Source: Massalongia carnosa (Eukaryota). Taken from it: 64,000 nucleotides of DNA. Shown in pieces: positions 62,846 through 64,000 of this stretch; position 1 is the first letter of the stretch, and every line of letters begins with the position of its first letter. Made by a program: the position numbers and the translations under genes. The stretch lies in the NCBI GenBank assembly GCA_965645245.1, contig OZ287081.1, positions 1,550,001 to 1,614,000 of the forward strand, read 5' to 3'. The notes under the pieces were generated by a model. The model did no database searches. It had not been told where the DNA came from and was given only the letters and a program-made list of their open reading frames with translations.

Positions 62846-64000
62846 TTACTTCGCGGCTGATCTGGATATATCGATATCCCGGGTCACGCCAATGGCGTGT
62901 GAAGGGATCCCAGATTCGGCATCGTACAAACGTCTGCCTTCGATATTGACCTTGGCATTCGTTTTTGGCTGCGTCTGGGGACCGTTCCACTGATCAGCTA
63001 GCACAAGTTCTATCCGTGATCCGCTCATCGATGTTTCCTTCCCGTCCAGCGTTTTGTACTGATCCACTGACGCCAGTTTCGAGCGAGACTGTGGCGTTTG
63101 TTGGCTCGACTTGCTCTTGTTGGTGGTAAAGGCGCTCCCCAATCCACGGAAAAGCGGTCTGAAGCACGGGAGGCAGGCACTGACCACGCCAAGGCAAAGT
63201 TCCGCATGCGTCCAGATGCTTGCTGCAGTATCGGTCCCTAATTGAGCATTAACACACAGCTATTTTAAGAGTGCTACTCAAGATTCTTACACAAAGGATC
63301 ATTTCCAGCAGTTTTTGCAAGGTAGGGAAGTTTTATCAGGTTGATGATGCAAACGCTGTGAGTGTAAAAAATTTAGCTGCGTGTTCTTCCATGGCGGCTG
63401 ATCGCAAGCGAATACTAACAAGCCACCCAGCATGAACATGCTAGCCACAGCCCCTTTTGTCTTGCTGTTTGTGTGCAGGTTCCATACAAGAGGCATGGGA
63501 GCTGCCACGATGCAAATGTCAAGTACCAGTATCAAGACAGTGTGCACAAGATATACAGTTCGTACTTCAATACAGTGACCCGGAAGAGATTTGTCCCAAG
63601 CGAGATTCACCGGCGTACATGCAAACAAGATTGCAAAAGCGATAGAAATGTTGAAACCAAAACACAAGAGTCCGAGTACATAAAGAGTCTTCTTAAACCA
63701 AATAGTGTTGAAGGTGAAAACTCGTCTGTAAAGGAATAATATAGATAGTTGAGTTAAGAGCACGCCAATGGCGAAATTTGGACCCTCAAAGACGAACGCC
63801 TGGTGAAGATTGCGCTGTCAGTATCCGATACTAGCCAAAAATAGGTATCCTGCCTTCTTTACCTTCAAAAGTCCAGTGAACTGATCAGGTGTGACTGCTA
63901 ACACATGTCTTCCTAGACCACACCGCGTCTCTTGTATCATAAGCTTAAGTTGCCTCGTATGGATAAGCTCAAGTGAAGACAAACCGTAATAGACACAAAC
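62846..64000 (-). CDS. PTH11-like (fungal rhodopsin-like domain) integral membrane protein, 5' end outside window
   Basis: LSILFLYRRVF, FACTPV..W..C, DICIVAAPMPLVWNL, W..AELCLGVVSACLP. Confidence 0.85.

Noticed and set aside
1..64000. tRNA, rRNA or CRISPR arrays
   Set aside because: No cloverleaf, rRNA-like sequence or repeat-spacer array seen; the window is eukaryotic.

Overview
Intron-rich filamentous ascomycete (Pezizomycotina-like) genomic window with about 20 mostly housekeeping genes. These include an HhH-GPD glycosylase, ADE4, a RID/Masc1-type C5 DNA methyltransferase, a DHCR7-type sterol Delta7 reductase, CHS5, SRP receptor alpha, YIF1, ATP7, NAC-alpha, RPL14, an MFS transporter, a CE2/SGNH-like protein, an Mpv17/PMP22 protein and a partial PTH11-like protein. 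Features the ORF track misses or only partly captures are a 3-exon plectasin-like defensin, a non-coding host transcript with two intronic box C/D snoRNAs (snR87/U16-like and U24-like), a TpA-rich MITE and decayed genes. The highlight is a transposon cluster at 51.9-58.3 kb. It holds a dead Tc1-like DD38E element with a 5-bp rather than TA target duplication and a nested solo LTR. Next to it is an intact, apparently young Ngaro-type tyrosine-recombinase retrotransposon with split direct repeats. The sequence of that element predicts an unusual expression scheme: gag and pol are in frame across a single UAG followed by a long stem-loop (readthrough), and the ATG-less recombinase ORF appears to be reached by splicing from within gag. 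An att-like inverted repeat sits at its circle junction. All family assignments come from motif recognition by eye; no searches were run.
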